Assembly (NCBI GenBank): GCA_963717545.1
Contig: OY970345.1
Span: forward strand, 2,114,227-2,178,226
DNA length: 64,000 nucleotides
DNA from: an uncultured Verrucomicrobiae bacterium
GTDB lineage: Bacteria > Verrucomicrobiota > Verrucomicrobiia > Chthoniobacterales > UBA10450
Reading direction: 5' to 3'
Shown here piece by piece: positions 26,280 through 35,448 of this stretch. The notes below the pieces were generated by a model, which searched no databases, had not been told where the DNA came from, and saw only the letters and a list, made by a program, of their open reading frames with translations. Each line of letters opens with the position of its first letter. The first letter of the stretch is position 1. The position numbers and the translations under genes were made by a program.

Positions 26280-28703
26280 TTAGTCGGACAAAGCCATTCG
26301 CGCGTCGGCCTCAGCCTTGCTCGAGTTCGCGTCGGCTTTGGTGGCGGCGCCGATCGGCTTCACATCCACGACGACTTTGAGAATCTTGCCGGTGAAGGCG
26401 TTATCGCGTTCCTTGTAGTCGGTGGTGACTGGGGTGGCGTCATCCTGGCCAACGCCCGCTCCTTCGTCGGCCGAGAAGATCATCCCCTGGGTGCGTTCAA
26501 TCCGCCCGCTAGCGACGTTCTGGCCGTTAACCAGGATGTTCGCCGTTCCGCCCTTACTGATCCCGCCGCCATCATAATCAAAGTTCATCCGGATGTTAGC
26601 CTTGCCCGCTGCGACCGCATCCGCAGCCGCGACTTTGAAAGCCTCCAAGCCAAGAAAGTTGTAAACAAACATCGGCTTGCCTTCCTTTAGATACAGGCTC
26701 CAACCGCCGAAGCGGCCGGCCTGCGCGAGGATCACGCCATTAGCTCCGCCCTGCGGAATCTCGACGTCCGCGTTAATGGAGAACGACCGATTCTTAATAT
26801 TGATGAACACGTTCTCGCTCATGCCCAGCATTCCTTCGGAAAGCGTGAGGGTGGTTCGTTCGCCCATCACGTCAGGCCGGCCCGCTGAAGCTGGGTTGAC
26901 CCGTTCCAGGACCCGGTCGTCGATCGGCAGGACGCGATACTTGGTCGCCTCCTTTAAGAATAGACCTTGGAGTTCCTTGAGCTTCGCCGGATTTGAGGCC
27001 GCGACATCGTTAACAAGGCTGAAGTCGTTACGGGTATCGTAAAGTTCCCAGATGTCCTCCTGCAATTTGCGGCGAGGCAACTGCTCCCACGGCGCGCGGT
27101 GAATGGTGCCGGCAAACCAGCCATCGTTGTAGATGCCGCGATTGCCCATGATCTCGAAGTATTGAGTCTTATGAGTGCCTGGCGCGTCCGCCTTGTCGAA
27201 ACTGTAAGCCATGCTTACACCTTCGATCGGTGACTGAACGACTCCGTTGACGCTCTTCGGTTCAGGAAGAGTTGCCGCTTCGAGCACGGTGGGAGCTACA
27301 TCAATGACATGGTGCCATTGCGAACGAATCTCGTTCGCGGCTTTGATCCGCTTCGGCCACGAGACGATCATGCCATTGCGCGTGCCGCCGTAGTTCGAGG
27401 GAATCTGCTTTGTCCACATGAACGGCGTATCGCCCGCGACAGCCCAGCCCGCCGCCATGTGCGGATAGGTGCTCGGACCACCCCAGTCGTCGTAATGCTT
27501 GAGCATCTCCTGGACGGTCTCGCCCACGCCGTTGAAATACGTCATCTCGTTGAACATGCCGAACATGCCACCTTCGGCGCTCGTGCCGTTATCGCCGATG
27601 ATGTAGAAGATGAGAGTGTTGTCGAACTGGCCTGTCTCGCCAATGGCAGCGAACAAGCGGCCAATCTCGTTGTCGCAGTATTCCGCAAAGCCGGAATAGA
27701 CCTCCATCTGGCGCGCATAGAGCTTCTGCTCGTCGGCGCTCAGCTTGTCCCAGTCCTTGATGTCCTTGGGCTTGGGGGCCAGCTTGGTGCCCTTGGGCAC
27801 GGTGCCCATTTCGATTTGGCGCGCCAAGGTCGCTTCGCGCATCTTATCCCAGCCTTCGTCAAAGCGGCCTTTGTTTTTGTCGATCCATTCCTTGGGGACA
27901 TGATGCGGCGCGTGGACGGCACCCGGCGCGAAGTACATGTAGAAAGGCTTGTCTGGCGTGAGCGCCTTTTCGAACTTCATCCAGGCGATGGCCTGGTTGG
28001 TCATGTCCGTCATGAAGTTGTAGCCCTCGTAATGCGGCGTTGGGATGCGGGTCATGCCGTCATAGATGCTGGGTGCCCACTGGTCGGTCTCGCCGCCGAA
28101 GAAGCCATAGAACTTGTCGAACCCGGAACGTGTCGGCCAGCGGTTCGTGGGCCCGGAAGGACTAACCTCCCACGCTGCTGTCTCGTGGTTCTTGCCAAAG
28201 AAGCCCGTGCTGTAACCATTAAGCCGCAACATCTCGGCGAGTGGCGCGACGTTATCCGGCCGTTGCCCGGTATTACCCGGAAAAGCCGTGGCGATCTCAG
28301 TGATGCCACCCATGTTGTTCATGTGATGATTGCGGCCGGAGAGCAGGGCCGTGCGCGTCGGTGAGCAGAGCGCGGTGGTGTGAAACTGATTGTAGCGCAG
28401 TCCCTGACTCGCGAGGCGATCAGCCGCTGCCATCCGCACCGGTCCACCGAAGGCGCTCGGCATGCCGAAGCCGATGTCATCAACGAGGACGATGAGCACG
28501 TTAGGCGCGCCGGCGGGAGCCTTGACCTCAAAACGCGCTGGCGGTTTGGTGTCACGCGCGTCAAGCACAGTGCTGCGCGGGTAGTCTGGTTCGGCAATCG
28601 GGAGCTTCGTTCGGTCGACCTTGTTTGCGTCCTGACCGCTAACGCTCAGAGCGGTAAAAGCGAGCGCGGCGACCATGAGTTTTGATACGCGGATATTTTT
28701 CAT
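26280..28703 (-). CDS. arylsulfatase, large form with C-terminal beta domain
   Basis: Signal peptide; NVLIVLVDDIGFG; FGly motif LCSPTRTALLSGR; 807 aa. Confidence 0.85.
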   Translation of the reverse strand: MKNIRVSKLMVAALAFTALSVSGQDANKVDRTKLPIAEPDYPRSTVLDARDTKPPARFEVKAPAGAPNVLIVLVDDIGFGMPSAFGGPVRMAAADRLASQGLRYNQFHTTALCSPTRTALLSGRNHHMNNMGGITEIATAFPGNTGQRPDNVAPLAEMLRLNGYSTGFFGKNHETAAWEVSPSGPTNRWPTRSGFDKFYGFFGGETDQWAPSIYDGMTRIPTPHYEGYNFMTDMTNQAIAWMKFEKALTPDKPFYMYFAPGAVHAPHHVPKEWIDKNKGRFDEGWDKMREATLARQIEMGTVPKGTKLAPKPKDIKDWDKLSADEQKLYARQMEVYSGFAEYCDNEIGRLFAAIGETGQFDNTLIFYIIGDNGTSAEGGMFGMFNEMTYFNGVGETVQEMLKHYDDWGGPSTYPHMAAGWAVAGDTPFMWTKQIPSNYGGTRNGMIVSWPKRIKAANEIRSQWHHVIDVAPTVLEAATLPEPKSVNGVVQSPIEGVSMAYSFDKADAPGTHKTQYFEIMGNRGIYNDGWFAGTIHRAPWEQLPRRKLQEDIWELYDTRNDFSLVNDVAASNPAKLKELQGLFLKEATKYRVLPIDDRVLERVNPASAGRPDVMGERTTLTLSEGMLGMSENVFINIKNRSFSINADVEIPQGGANGVILAQAGRFGGWSLYLKEGKPMFVYNFLGLEAFKVAAADAVAAGKANIRMNFDYDGGGISKGGTANILVNGQNVASGRIERTQGMIFSADEGAGVGQDDATPVTTDYKERDNAFTGKILKVVVDVKPIGAATKADANSSKAEADARMALSD

Positions 28704-28750
28704 GATATTGGATCCAATCCGCTCAGCTTCAGAAATACCGACCCGGCTGG

Positions 28751-28766
28751 CTATGGGACCTTAGTC
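28751..28766 (-). promoter_or_regulatory. dyad box, copy 5
   Basis: The plus strand reads CTATGGGACCTTAGTC. It lies 47 nt upstream of ATG 28703 and 11 nt from hairpin E. Confidence 0.45.
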
Positions 28767-28777
28767 TTATGAGAACC

Positions 28778-28849
28778 TAACAGGAGGTAACTGAGGAAAC
28801 GGAGGGGCTGCGGAACCCAATTCTCTGTTATCTCTGTTTTCTCCTGTAA
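28778..28849. repeat. hairpin repeat, copy E
   Basis: TAACAGGAGGTAACTGAGGAAACGGAGG, a loop, then CTCTGTTATCTCTGTTTTCTCCTGTAA. Confidence 0.75.
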
Positions 28850-28856
28850 GAACCAA

Positions 28857-29915
28857 TCACCTCGCGGCTATAGGGTCTTTCACGCAGCGAAAACCGAGAT
28901 GGTTGGTCGCGGTATTGACTTCGCCTTTGCCGCGCGTGCCGACGATGTAGCGCGAGCAATATTGATCGTTGCAAAGATATGAGCCACCCCGATGGACGCG
29001 CTTCTTTTCCTTGGGCTCGGCCGGGTCCAATGGACTATCGGGGCCTTTTGGATTGACCGTCAGGTCTCCCGCTTTCGCGAGCTGCGTGTAGTAATCGAAC
29101 CGGTACCAATCGCTGCACCATTGCCAGACGTTGCCCGACATGTCGTAAAGGCCGTAGCCATTCGCCGGATATTGCGCAACCGGGGCGATGCCCGCAAAAC
29201 CATCTTCGGCCTTTTCGGTGACCGGGAATTTTCCCTGGTAAGTGTTCGCCATCCACTTGCCGTTAGGGCGAAATTCATCGCCCCAGACAAAGGTCTTCCC
29301 GGACAACCCACCCCGCGCGGCGAATTCAAACTCAGCTTCCGTCGGCAAACGTTTGCCCGCCCATTTTGCGTAAGCCTCTGCGTCCGAATACGCGACGTGG
29401 ACGACCGGATTTTTCTCTTTCCCTTTCAGGTCGCTCTCGGGACCGAGCGGGTGCCGCCAGTTCGCGCCTTTCACGTAGTTCCACCATTGGAAATGATCGT
29501 TCAGGGCCACCTCATGGTCGGGCGGAGTGAAAACGACGGAACCAGCTACCAGATTCTCCGCCGGCGCCCCCGGAAACTCCTCTTTCGTTGGCGTGCGTTC
29601 CGCGACCGTGACGTAACCGGTGGCTTTCACGAACTTTTCGAATTCCTCATTCGTCACCGTCGTCTTATCCATCCAGAAGCCATCGACGCGAACGCGATGA
29701 ACCGGCTCGGCATCGTTCGAGGGCATGGGCATCTCACCACTCCCATGGCCATTCGTGACGGCGCCCATCGCAAATTCGCCGCCCGGAATCCAAGCCATGC
29801 CCTCGCGGTCTTTGCCGGGTGGCTTTTCCGCGGCCGGGACACTTGCCGCGAACGCGAGAGTGCTCGCGAAGATCAATGAAACGCGTCTGAACCACATGGC
29901 CTCAACGTCCAACAC
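28857..29915 (-). CDS. formylglycine-generating enzyme (SUMF1/FGE family)
   Basis: The blocks MAWIPGGEFAMG, HPVVHVAYSDAEAYAKWAGKRLPTEAEFEFAARGG, GNVWQWCSDWY and RVHRGGSYLC are present. An alternative start is ATG 29897. Confidence 0.85.
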   Translation of the reverse strand: MLDVEAMWFRRVSLIFASTLAFAASVPAAEKPPGKDREGMAWIPGGEFAMGAVTNGHGSGEMPMPSNDAEPVHRVRVDGFWMDKTTVTNEEFEKFVKATGYVTVAERTPTKEEFPGAPAENLVAGSVVFTPPDHEVALNDHFQWWNYVKGANWRHPLGPESDLKGKEKNPVVHVAYSDAEAYAKWAGKRLPTEAEFEFAARGGLSGKTFVWGDEFRPNGKWMANTYQGKFPVTEKAEDGFAGIAPVAQYPANGYGLYDMSGNVWQWCSDWYRFDYYTQLAKAGDLTVNPKGPDSPLDPAEPKEKKRVHRGGSYLCNDQYCSRYIVGTRGKGEVNTATNHLGFRCVKDPIAAR

Positions 29916-29929
29916 GATTCGAGTCCCGG

Positions 29930-29945
29930 CAATTGGACCTTGGTC
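29930..29945 (-). promoter_or_regulatory. dyad box, copy 6
   Basis: The plus strand reads CAATTGGACCTTGGTC. It lies 14 nt upstream of start 29915 (32 nt from ATG 29897) and 9 nt from hairpin F. Confidence 0.45.
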
Positions 29946-29954
29946 TTAGTTGAC

Positions 29955-30024
29955 TTACAGGAGGAAACGGAGAAAACGGAAGTCCCAGAATCAAATCCTC
30001 TGTGTTCTCTGTTTGCTCCTGTTG
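29955..30024. repeat. hairpin repeat, copy F
   Basis: TTACAGGAGGAAACGGAGAAAACGGAAG, a loop, then CCTCTGTGTTCTCTGTTTGCTCCTGTTG. Confidence 0.75.
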
Positions 30025-30107
30025 AAATTACGCCGTCGGGCGATCATTGTGTTCAAGCGCGACTAAAGGATCTCGCCATCGAGCGACGGAGCGCTCGATC
30101 CACCACA

Positions 30108-30818
30108 TTAGAAGTAGGATTTCAGCACGAGGCCGATGCGATTCACGTTGCCGGAAGCCGAACGGCTATCGTTTTGACGGGCGAAGTAGGGCTCGATTCG
30201 CCAATGCTTCGTAAGTTCGATCTCGACCCCGGCCTGGTAGAGCTGGCGGTTCCACGAATCGAATCGGGTGTCATAAAAAATTTCGGCCTGGGCATAGGGG
30301 ACCATCACCAGACCGCCTACCGTAAATTCCCGCTCGATCCCAACCCGCAGCCGAGAGCGCTGAGAGGTGTCTCCGTCGATGTCGCGGAAGTCCACCCGCA
30401 CCCGGTTCACCAGCCAAATCTGCGCGGGCAATTCAAATCGGCCCGTCATCTCGAGAAGCATTGTCTGGGTGGTAGACCCATCTTCCCGGTCATCGAGGTC
30501 GCGCGAAATTACATAACCAGCGCGGACCCACAGATAGCGACTCCGCTCCCAGTCGCCCTGACGGAGCTCGCGGCGCAGAATGGGCTTGAGTGTGAAGTCG
30601 AGGTGCGCGCCGAGTTCGCCGTCGGTGAAACTCGGAGAAAACCCCTGAGTGACGTCCCCGAGCAGATAGAGCCGGACCTGCTTCGATAGTTTGATGAACG
30701 CATTGAGCTCCGGGACAAACTCGTCGTGGTGCTCCTCTGCCTGGGCCGATCCAATCAGCACGGCAAAAACGACGAGCGGTAAAGGAATGCGATAGCAGCG
30801 GCCTATCTTCGTGGACAT
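30108..30818 (-). CDS. DUF2490-like outer-membrane beta-barrel protein
   Basis: Signal peptide ending in GSAQA, alternating beta-strand pattern and a C-terminal ...LVLKSYF. Confidence 0.45.
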   Translation of the reverse strand: MSTKIGRCYRIPLPLVVFAVLIGSAQAEEHHDEFVPELNAFIKLSKQVRLYLLGDVTQGFSPSFTDGELGAHLDFTLKPILRRELRQGDWERSRYLWVRAGYVISRDLDDREDGSTTQTMLLEMTGRFELPAQIWLVNRVRVDFRDIDGDTSQRSRLRVGIEREFTVGGLVMVPYAQAEIFYDTRFDSWNRQLYQAGVEIELTKHWRIEPYFARQNDSRSASGNVNRIGLVLKSYF

Positions 30819-30921
30819 GGCTTAGCCGCGTCCTATGAAGAATCTAAGAGGACGTAACCCTCCTTCGCCAACGCTTCCGCCGACGCCAGGCCTTTGGCGT
30901 GACAAGTCGGCGAGGCGTGCT

Positions 30922-30977
30922 GAGAAAACAGAGGTCCAAGGAATCGCATTCTCCGCGCCCTCTATTTCCTCCAGTTG
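30922..30977. repeat. hairpin repeat, degenerate copy G
   Basis: GAGAAAACAGAGG ... CCTCTATTTCCTCCAGTTGG. Confidence 0.35.
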
Positions 30978-30984
30978 GATTCTC

Positions 30985-31770
30985 TTAGAACCGGATAGTG
31001 GCTCCAATGATAGGACCATGTGTAGTCATCTCCTGCTTTCCCCTGGTCCCATCGTATTCAAAGCCGAGCGCTCGATATCCGAGTTGGACATCGCACCAGC
31101 GGGCGGCCTGGACCCCGATGCCGCCAAGGACTTGCCAACTGAGCTCAGAGCCGGCGCCGAAACCGCCGATGTCGCCGTATCCGTTCAAGAAGACCGCTCG
31201 CGAAACATAGTAGCGACCGCGAAGGCCAACGATTGGGTCGGCCCACGTCGAAGTGCCGCTGGCCTTAAAACCTGTCTGTCCCAGATTGGGCCGGAGAACA
31301 ATCTCACTGTAAAAGCTATAGACGCGAGCGCCGGCAAAGAGATCGAGGTAAGCCGGTTTTGCATCGACCACCCGATAACTCAGGGCAAAGGTCCCGATCG
31401 TTTGCTTCACGACCTCGTGGGTGCTCGAGAAGACAATGCCGGCTGGAGGCGCGATATCGTCGTGCAACCTCGCGTAGACCAGGTCACCCATGAAGCCCCA
31501 GCGTTTGTAACGCAGCTCCGCCGCGCCCATGAACGTCATGTCGAGATGCTTCAAAACATCTTTGAAAGCAATGTCGACATCCGCACTTCGCCCTCCCGCG
31601 CTGATCGTCCCATCAATGGCTGTCGCCCATCCGTAAAGGGAAAGATTAAAACTCCATTCCTTTTCCGTGGGTTCCGTGGGGACAAATTTTGTTTCGACTG
31701 AGCCCGCCCAAAGGACTGGCGACGCTGCGGCGAGGAACAGGACCCAAATGGCAATTTGTTTCTTCAACAT
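30985..31770 (-). CDS. outer-membrane beta-barrel protein, hypothetical
   Basis: Signal peptide (VLFLAAASPVLWA), amphipathic strands and a terminal ...GATIRF. Confidence 0.55.
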   Translation of the reverse strand: MLKKQIAIWVLFLAAASPVLWAGSVETKFVPTEPTEKEWSFNLSLYGWATAIDGTISAGGRSADVDIAFKDVLKHLDMTFMGAAELRYKRWGFMGDLVYARLHDDIAPPAGIVFSSTHEVVKQTIGTFALSYRVVDAKPAYLDLFAGARVYSFYSEIVLRPNLGQTGFKASGTSTWADPIVGLRGRYYVSRAVFLNGYGDIGGFGAGSELSWQVLGGIGVQAARWCDVQLGYRALGFEYDGTRGKQEMTTHGPIIGATIRF

Positions 31771-31801
31771 GACTCCTTATGAAGCGATTTTATCGAGCCG
31801 G

Positions 31802-31817
31802 GCATTGGACCTTGGTC
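31802..31817 (-). promoter_or_regulatory. dyad box, copy 7 (the most palindromic copy)
   Basis: The plus strand GCATTGGACCTTGGTCCTATGC is self-complementary at 18 of 22 positions. It lies 31 nt upstream of ATG 31770. Confidence 0.45.
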
Positions 31818-31958
31818 CTATGCAGAAGGTCCGAGCGCTCCGCCGCTCGATGATAGCGGACCACAAATGTCTTTTAGCCATCGCGCGATCCCGCCTTCGC
31901 GGGACACGCTCCACCAAATCACACGCCGACAGAGTGGCAGGACTACAGCGGAGCTATC

Positions 31959-32384
31959 TCAGCTCGTGACCGCTTTGCGGACGAGCTGGAGAAAGACTTC
32001 ATCGTCGAACGGTTTCGAAAGGAAACCGTAAGCGCCTGCCTCGAGCGCAGTCTCGCGCACAGAGGGGTCGTCGCGCCCGCTCATGAAGATAACGCGCGTC
32101 TCGGGCGCCGTTTCGCGGAGAGCCGCCTGCACTTCCAAACCGTTCATGTCCGGCATCCAGACGTCGAGGATTGCGACGCGGCACGGAGTGTTCCCTACCG
32201 CCGAAAGAAAGGCCGCGGGCTCGTGGAAGCGCTCGACGTTAAAGCCATCGGACTTCAGCAATCGCTCCAGCGCCTTGAGCATGGAAAGATCGTCGTCGAG
32301 CAGGCAGATGGAAGCGGAGTCGAACGGGTCGCCCTTGGGCGCCGGTTTCGCGAGGACTTTCAGAGCATGTTCCGCGGAAGGCAT
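31959..32384 (-). CDS. stand-alone response-regulator receiver protein
   Basis: LLDDD, the phospho-acceptor context ILDVWMPDMNG, and SKPF. No output domain. Confidence 0.8.
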   Translation of the reverse strand: MPSAEHALKVLAKPAPKGDPFDSASICLLDDDLSMLKALERLLKSDGFNVERFHEPAAFLSAVGNTPCRVAILDVWMPDMNGLEVQAALRETAPETRVIFMSGRDDPSVRETALEAGAYGFLSKPFDDEVFLQLVRKAVTS

Positions 32385-32429
32385 CAGGAGTACGAAAGCG
32401 AGAATAATGGAGGGATAAGAGGTGAGCGG

Positions 32430-32445
32430 ATATGAGACCTTGGTC
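32430..32445 (-). promoter_or_regulatory. dyad box, copy 8
   Basis: The plus strand reads ATATGAGACCTTGGTC. It lies 45 nt upstream of ATG 32384. Confidence 0.4.
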
Positions 32446-32511
32446 CCACTCTGGAGTCTGCCTGTCTCACGCCTGTGATACGCGGCTCGCTAGTCTTGCA
32501 GATGTGTGCGC

Positions 32512-34752
32512 TTACGCGGCCTGCGATCTCGTCTCGATCGCTTCCGGCAGGCAAACGGTGAAAATCGCGCCACCCTTTTCACAATTCTCCCCCGAAAGGG
32601 TTCCGCCATGCGCTTCGATAATACTGCGCGCAATGGCCAGGCCCATCCCCGTCCCTTCCACTTTCGTTGAGAAGAAGGGCTCGAACAATTGATCCACGAG
32701 CCCTTCGGAAAAGCCCGGCCCCGTATCGCGCACGCTCACGCAGATTGCCCCTTCGTGGACTCTTTCAGCCCGAACGACGACGCGGCGGGCATCAGCCCGC
32801 ATGACGCTGAGGGCTTCGAACGCGTTGAGGGTGAGGTTTAGGAGGACTTGGAGCAATTGAACGCGATCCCCTTTCACCACGCCCGGATTCGGATGGAGTT
32901 CGGCGACGAGGCTGACGTTTCGGGCGATGGCATCCGCGCGCACGATCCGGAGCAAATCGCGAATGACTTCCTTCATCTCGACCGGCACATGGGAGGGTTC
33001 GCTCTTGCGCACCATGTTGCGAATGCCTTCGATGACTTCGCGCGCGCGGTGGCCGTCCGCCACGATGTCGGCCAGCAGTTCACGGAGCTCGTCCGTCCGA
33101 AGCTGGCCATGAGATAGGAGACGTTGACCGGCGCTGGCGTTCGTGACCATGGCCCCGAGAGGATTGTTCACTTCATGCGCGAGCGAGGCGGCCAGTTCGC
33201 CCATTAAGGCGAGACGTCCGACGCGCGCGAGTTCCATGCTTTGGAGCTGATGATCCAGCTCCGCCTGCTTCCTCTCGCCGATGTCGATGCAGGAACCGAT
33301 GTAGCCAAGAAAGGTTCCGTCCACATCGAAGCGCGGCGTTCCCGTGTCGAGGAGCCAGCGGTACTCCCCATCATTCCGGCGCAGGCGATACTCGACCGTG
33401 AACGGTTCGCGTCGCGCGAACGCGGTACCGCAAATGTCGAGGGTATGGGCCAGGTCCTCGGGATGAACCCCTTTCAGCCATCCCTCGCCCAGCTCTTGGT
33501 CCACGGTCCGGCCGGTGAATTCGAGCCAGCCCTTATTAAAGAAGATGCCTTCCTTGTTCGGGCCGGACATCCAGATCATCACGGGGGCAACGTCAGCCAC
33601 GGTCCGGAAACGAGCTTCACTCTCACGCAAGCCCTCCTCAGCCAATTTCCGCTTGGTGATGTCACGGGAAACCCCACGCAAACACACAGGCTTTCCCTGT
33701 TCGTTCGATTCCACCCGGCCATACCCGGCGACCCAGCCTATCGTGCCATCACTGCGCGCAATCCGATACTCACTTTCGTACTCACCCCCGTGAGCGAGCC
33801 CATCCTGGAGCGTCTGGCGCATGACAGGAAGATCGTGCGGATGCACCGCCTGCAGGAACCGGGCGAGATCGATCGGCTCGGTCTTCGCAAACCCGAAAAG
33901 ACTTCTTCCTTGATCGGTGATCCAAATATTGTCCTGCTCGACGTCCCAGACCCACAACCCCAGGTTCGCCGCGCTGGCGGCCAGGCCCATTCGCATGTCG
34001 CTTTCGCGGAGCGCGGCCTCGCTGGTGCGCAATTGCCGGGAGGTTTGCGCCGCGCGCAGGATTTCGTAGCTCAGCTCGAAGCCCATCGCAAGGACCACGC
34101 CGAGGAAAGCAAAACTGATTAGATACGGGAGATTGAGAACGCTGGCGTGCACCATCGCCGACAAACCCGCCGCCATAAGAAGGAACGCCGCGATGCTTCC
34201 ACCAACTACCGAGGCTTGCCTGCGATCGTTCGCACTCCCTCGCCGCCAAAGCCGGATGGCAGCGTCAATCACGTAAGCGAGAAGAAGGAGCGAGCTGAGC
34301 TCGCCCAGCCGCCTCAGAGGGCTCACGATTCCCGCTGGCATCGAAACGGTTTCGCCGAGAAAATCGAGACGCCTCAAGGAGGTGATCTCGCGATAGTTCA
34401 AATTCGGAGGAAACGCAAAATTGAGGAGGAGGGAGAGGAACCTGGCTCCCATCGCACTCCAACCGAGCCAGGATCTGCCGGTGCCGAAATAGAAGTGGAT
34501 AAACCCGGCGATGCCAAAAATTAGAAAAAAGACAGGCACATGGGCTAGTTGCAGGGCGCGCCCGATTTCTTGCGGCGTATGCGAGCGCATGATCGCGAGT
34601 TCCCCCGCGGCGATCCCCGCCACCGAAAGCGCTGCCAGGACGAAGAACAAATTCTCCCACGCCTTGGCCTTTAACCCGACAAGCAGATGCGGGAGCGCCA
34701 TGACCGCGCACGCCCCTATTACTACTGCCCAGATAAAAGTGACCCAGCTCAT
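32512..34752 (-). CDS. membrane sensor histidine kinase (multi-TM sensor, two PAS, HisKA, HATPase)
   Basis: About 6-7 N-terminal helices and two PAS-like segments. H-box ELAASLAHEVNNPL, N-box LLNLTLNAFEA and G-boxes DTGPGF / GTGMGLAI. Confidence 0.85.
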   Translation of the reverse strand: MSWVTFIWAVVIGACAVMALPHLLVGLKAKAWENLFFVLAALSVAGIAAGELAIMRSHTPQEIGRALQLAHVPVFFLIFGIAGFIHFYFGTGRSWLGWSAMGARFLSLLLNFAFPPNLNYREITSLRRLDFLGETVSMPAGIVSPLRRLGELSSLLLLAYVIDAAIRLWRRGSANDRRQASVVGGSIAAFLLMAAGLSAMVHASVLNLPYLISFAFLGVVLAMGFELSYEILRAAQTSRQLRTSEAALRESDMRMGLAASAANLGLWVWDVEQDNIWITDQGRSLFGFAKTEPIDLARFLQAVHPHDLPVMRQTLQDGLAHGGEYESEYRIARSDGTIGWVAGYGRVESNEQGKPVCLRGVSRDITKRKLAEEGLRESEARFRTVADVAPVMIWMSGPNKEGIFFNKGWLEFTGRTVDQELGEGWLKGVHPEDLAHTLDICGTAFARREPFTVEYRLRRNDGEYRWLLDTGTPRFDVDGTFLGYIGSCIDIGERKQAELDHQLQSMELARVGRLALMGELAASLAHEVNNPLGAMVTNASAGQRLLSHGQLRTDELRELLADIVADGHRAREVIEGIRNMVRKSEPSHVPVEMKEVIRDLLRIVRADAIARNVSLVAELHPNPGVVKGDRVQLLQVLLNLTLNAFEALSVMRADARRVVVRAERVHEGAICVSVRDTGPGFSEGLVDQLFEPFFSTKVEGTGMGLAIARSIIEAHGGTLSGENCEKGGAIFTVCLPEAIETRSQAA

Positions 34753-34860
34753 GAGAACGATTCGACCAGAACGCGGGGGTTAATTACCGCACAGGCATGA
34801 TGCCCTCAATCGAGACATGAAGAAAATCCTGCACTAAATCCATTTTAGGCGGCGATTCCC

Positions 34861-35268
34861 CTAGGGCATGAGCAAGGCCTCAACCGGAACACCGAGCCAT
34901 TCCGCGGCTACAGCGCGATCGGTAAACAGGGAGACATCGAGCGGCGAATAGTCGGTCAACATCGCATGCAATTTCACGTAGTGGGTGGTCGCCTTACTCG
35001 TGACGTAGAAGGCGGATTTGACCGCCGGTTTGGGCGCCGCCGAGAGACGCCGGCCCAGGGCGACGTGAAAGACGAATTTGAAATTCAGATCCACCATGTC
35101 GAGCGCCGACATGTCGGTGAACCGGTTGAACGGTTGAAGGGTCCTTTTCTCCGCGGTTTCGATGAAGGCAATGACTTCACTGACGAGGGCCTGGTCCAGA
35201 ACGCCATGTGGCTTCCAAAGAATGAGGGACCATTCTTTCCGGAACAGGACGTGCGCGGGAAGTTTCAT
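34861..35268 (-). CDS. hypothetical protein (possibly STAS/SpoIIAA-like)
   Basis: Start taken as ATG 35268 (MKLPAHVLF...), because the GTG at 35310 would abut dyad box 9. 135 aa, with no motif that I can name securely. Confidence 0.5.
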   Translation of the reverse strand: MKLPAHVLFRKEWSLILWKPHGVLDQALVSEVIAFIETAEKRTLQPFNRFTDMSALDMVDLNFKFVFHVALGRRLSAAPKPAVKSAFYVTSKATTHYVKLHAMLTDYSPLDVSLFTDRAVAAEWLGVPVEALLMP

Positions 35269-35315
35269 GATGCGGAATCTGCCGCCCCGAGGTTGCCTCC
35301 CGCAGTTCACTTTGC

Positions 35316-35331
35316 CTATGGGACCTTGGTC
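35316..35331 (-). promoter_or_regulatory. dyad box, copy 9
   Basis: The plus strand reads CTATGGGACCTTGGTC. It lies 47 nt upstream of ATG 35268 and 1-2 nt from hairpin H. Confidence 0.45.
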
Positions 35332-35332
35332 T

Positions 35333-35435
35333 CACAGGAGGAAACGGAGAGAACAGAGAGTTTGGTTCTTGGAAATCTCCGTTCTCTCTGCCTGCCACGC
35401 CGAAGCCTTAGCGAAGGCGGGTTATCTCCTGTAAG
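35333..35435. repeat. hairpin repeat, copy H, with a nested insertion in the right arm
   Basis: CACAGGAGGAAACGGAGAGAACAGAGAG, a loop, then CTCCGTTCTCTCTG, then a 31-nt insert (CCTGCCACGCCGAAGCCTTAGCGAAGGCGGG, itself a small GCCTT/AAGGC hairpin), then TTATCTCCTGTAAG. Confidence 0.7.
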
Positions 35436-35448
35436 GCTCGTTTCCCCC

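Noticed and set aside
27309-28364. 351-aa ORF antisense to the large sulfatase
   Set aside because: Same reasoning: a GC-driven open antisense frame opposite a well-supported gene.
11061-35331. Reading the dyad box as a sigma-54 (TGGCAC-N5-TTGC), ECF (GGAAC...CGTC) or sigma-70 -35/-10 promoter
   Set aside because: The GG/GC spacing does not fit sigma-54. In the ECF-like orientation it would fire away from the adjacent genes. No consistently spaced TATAAT-like or TTGACA-like partner accompanies it.
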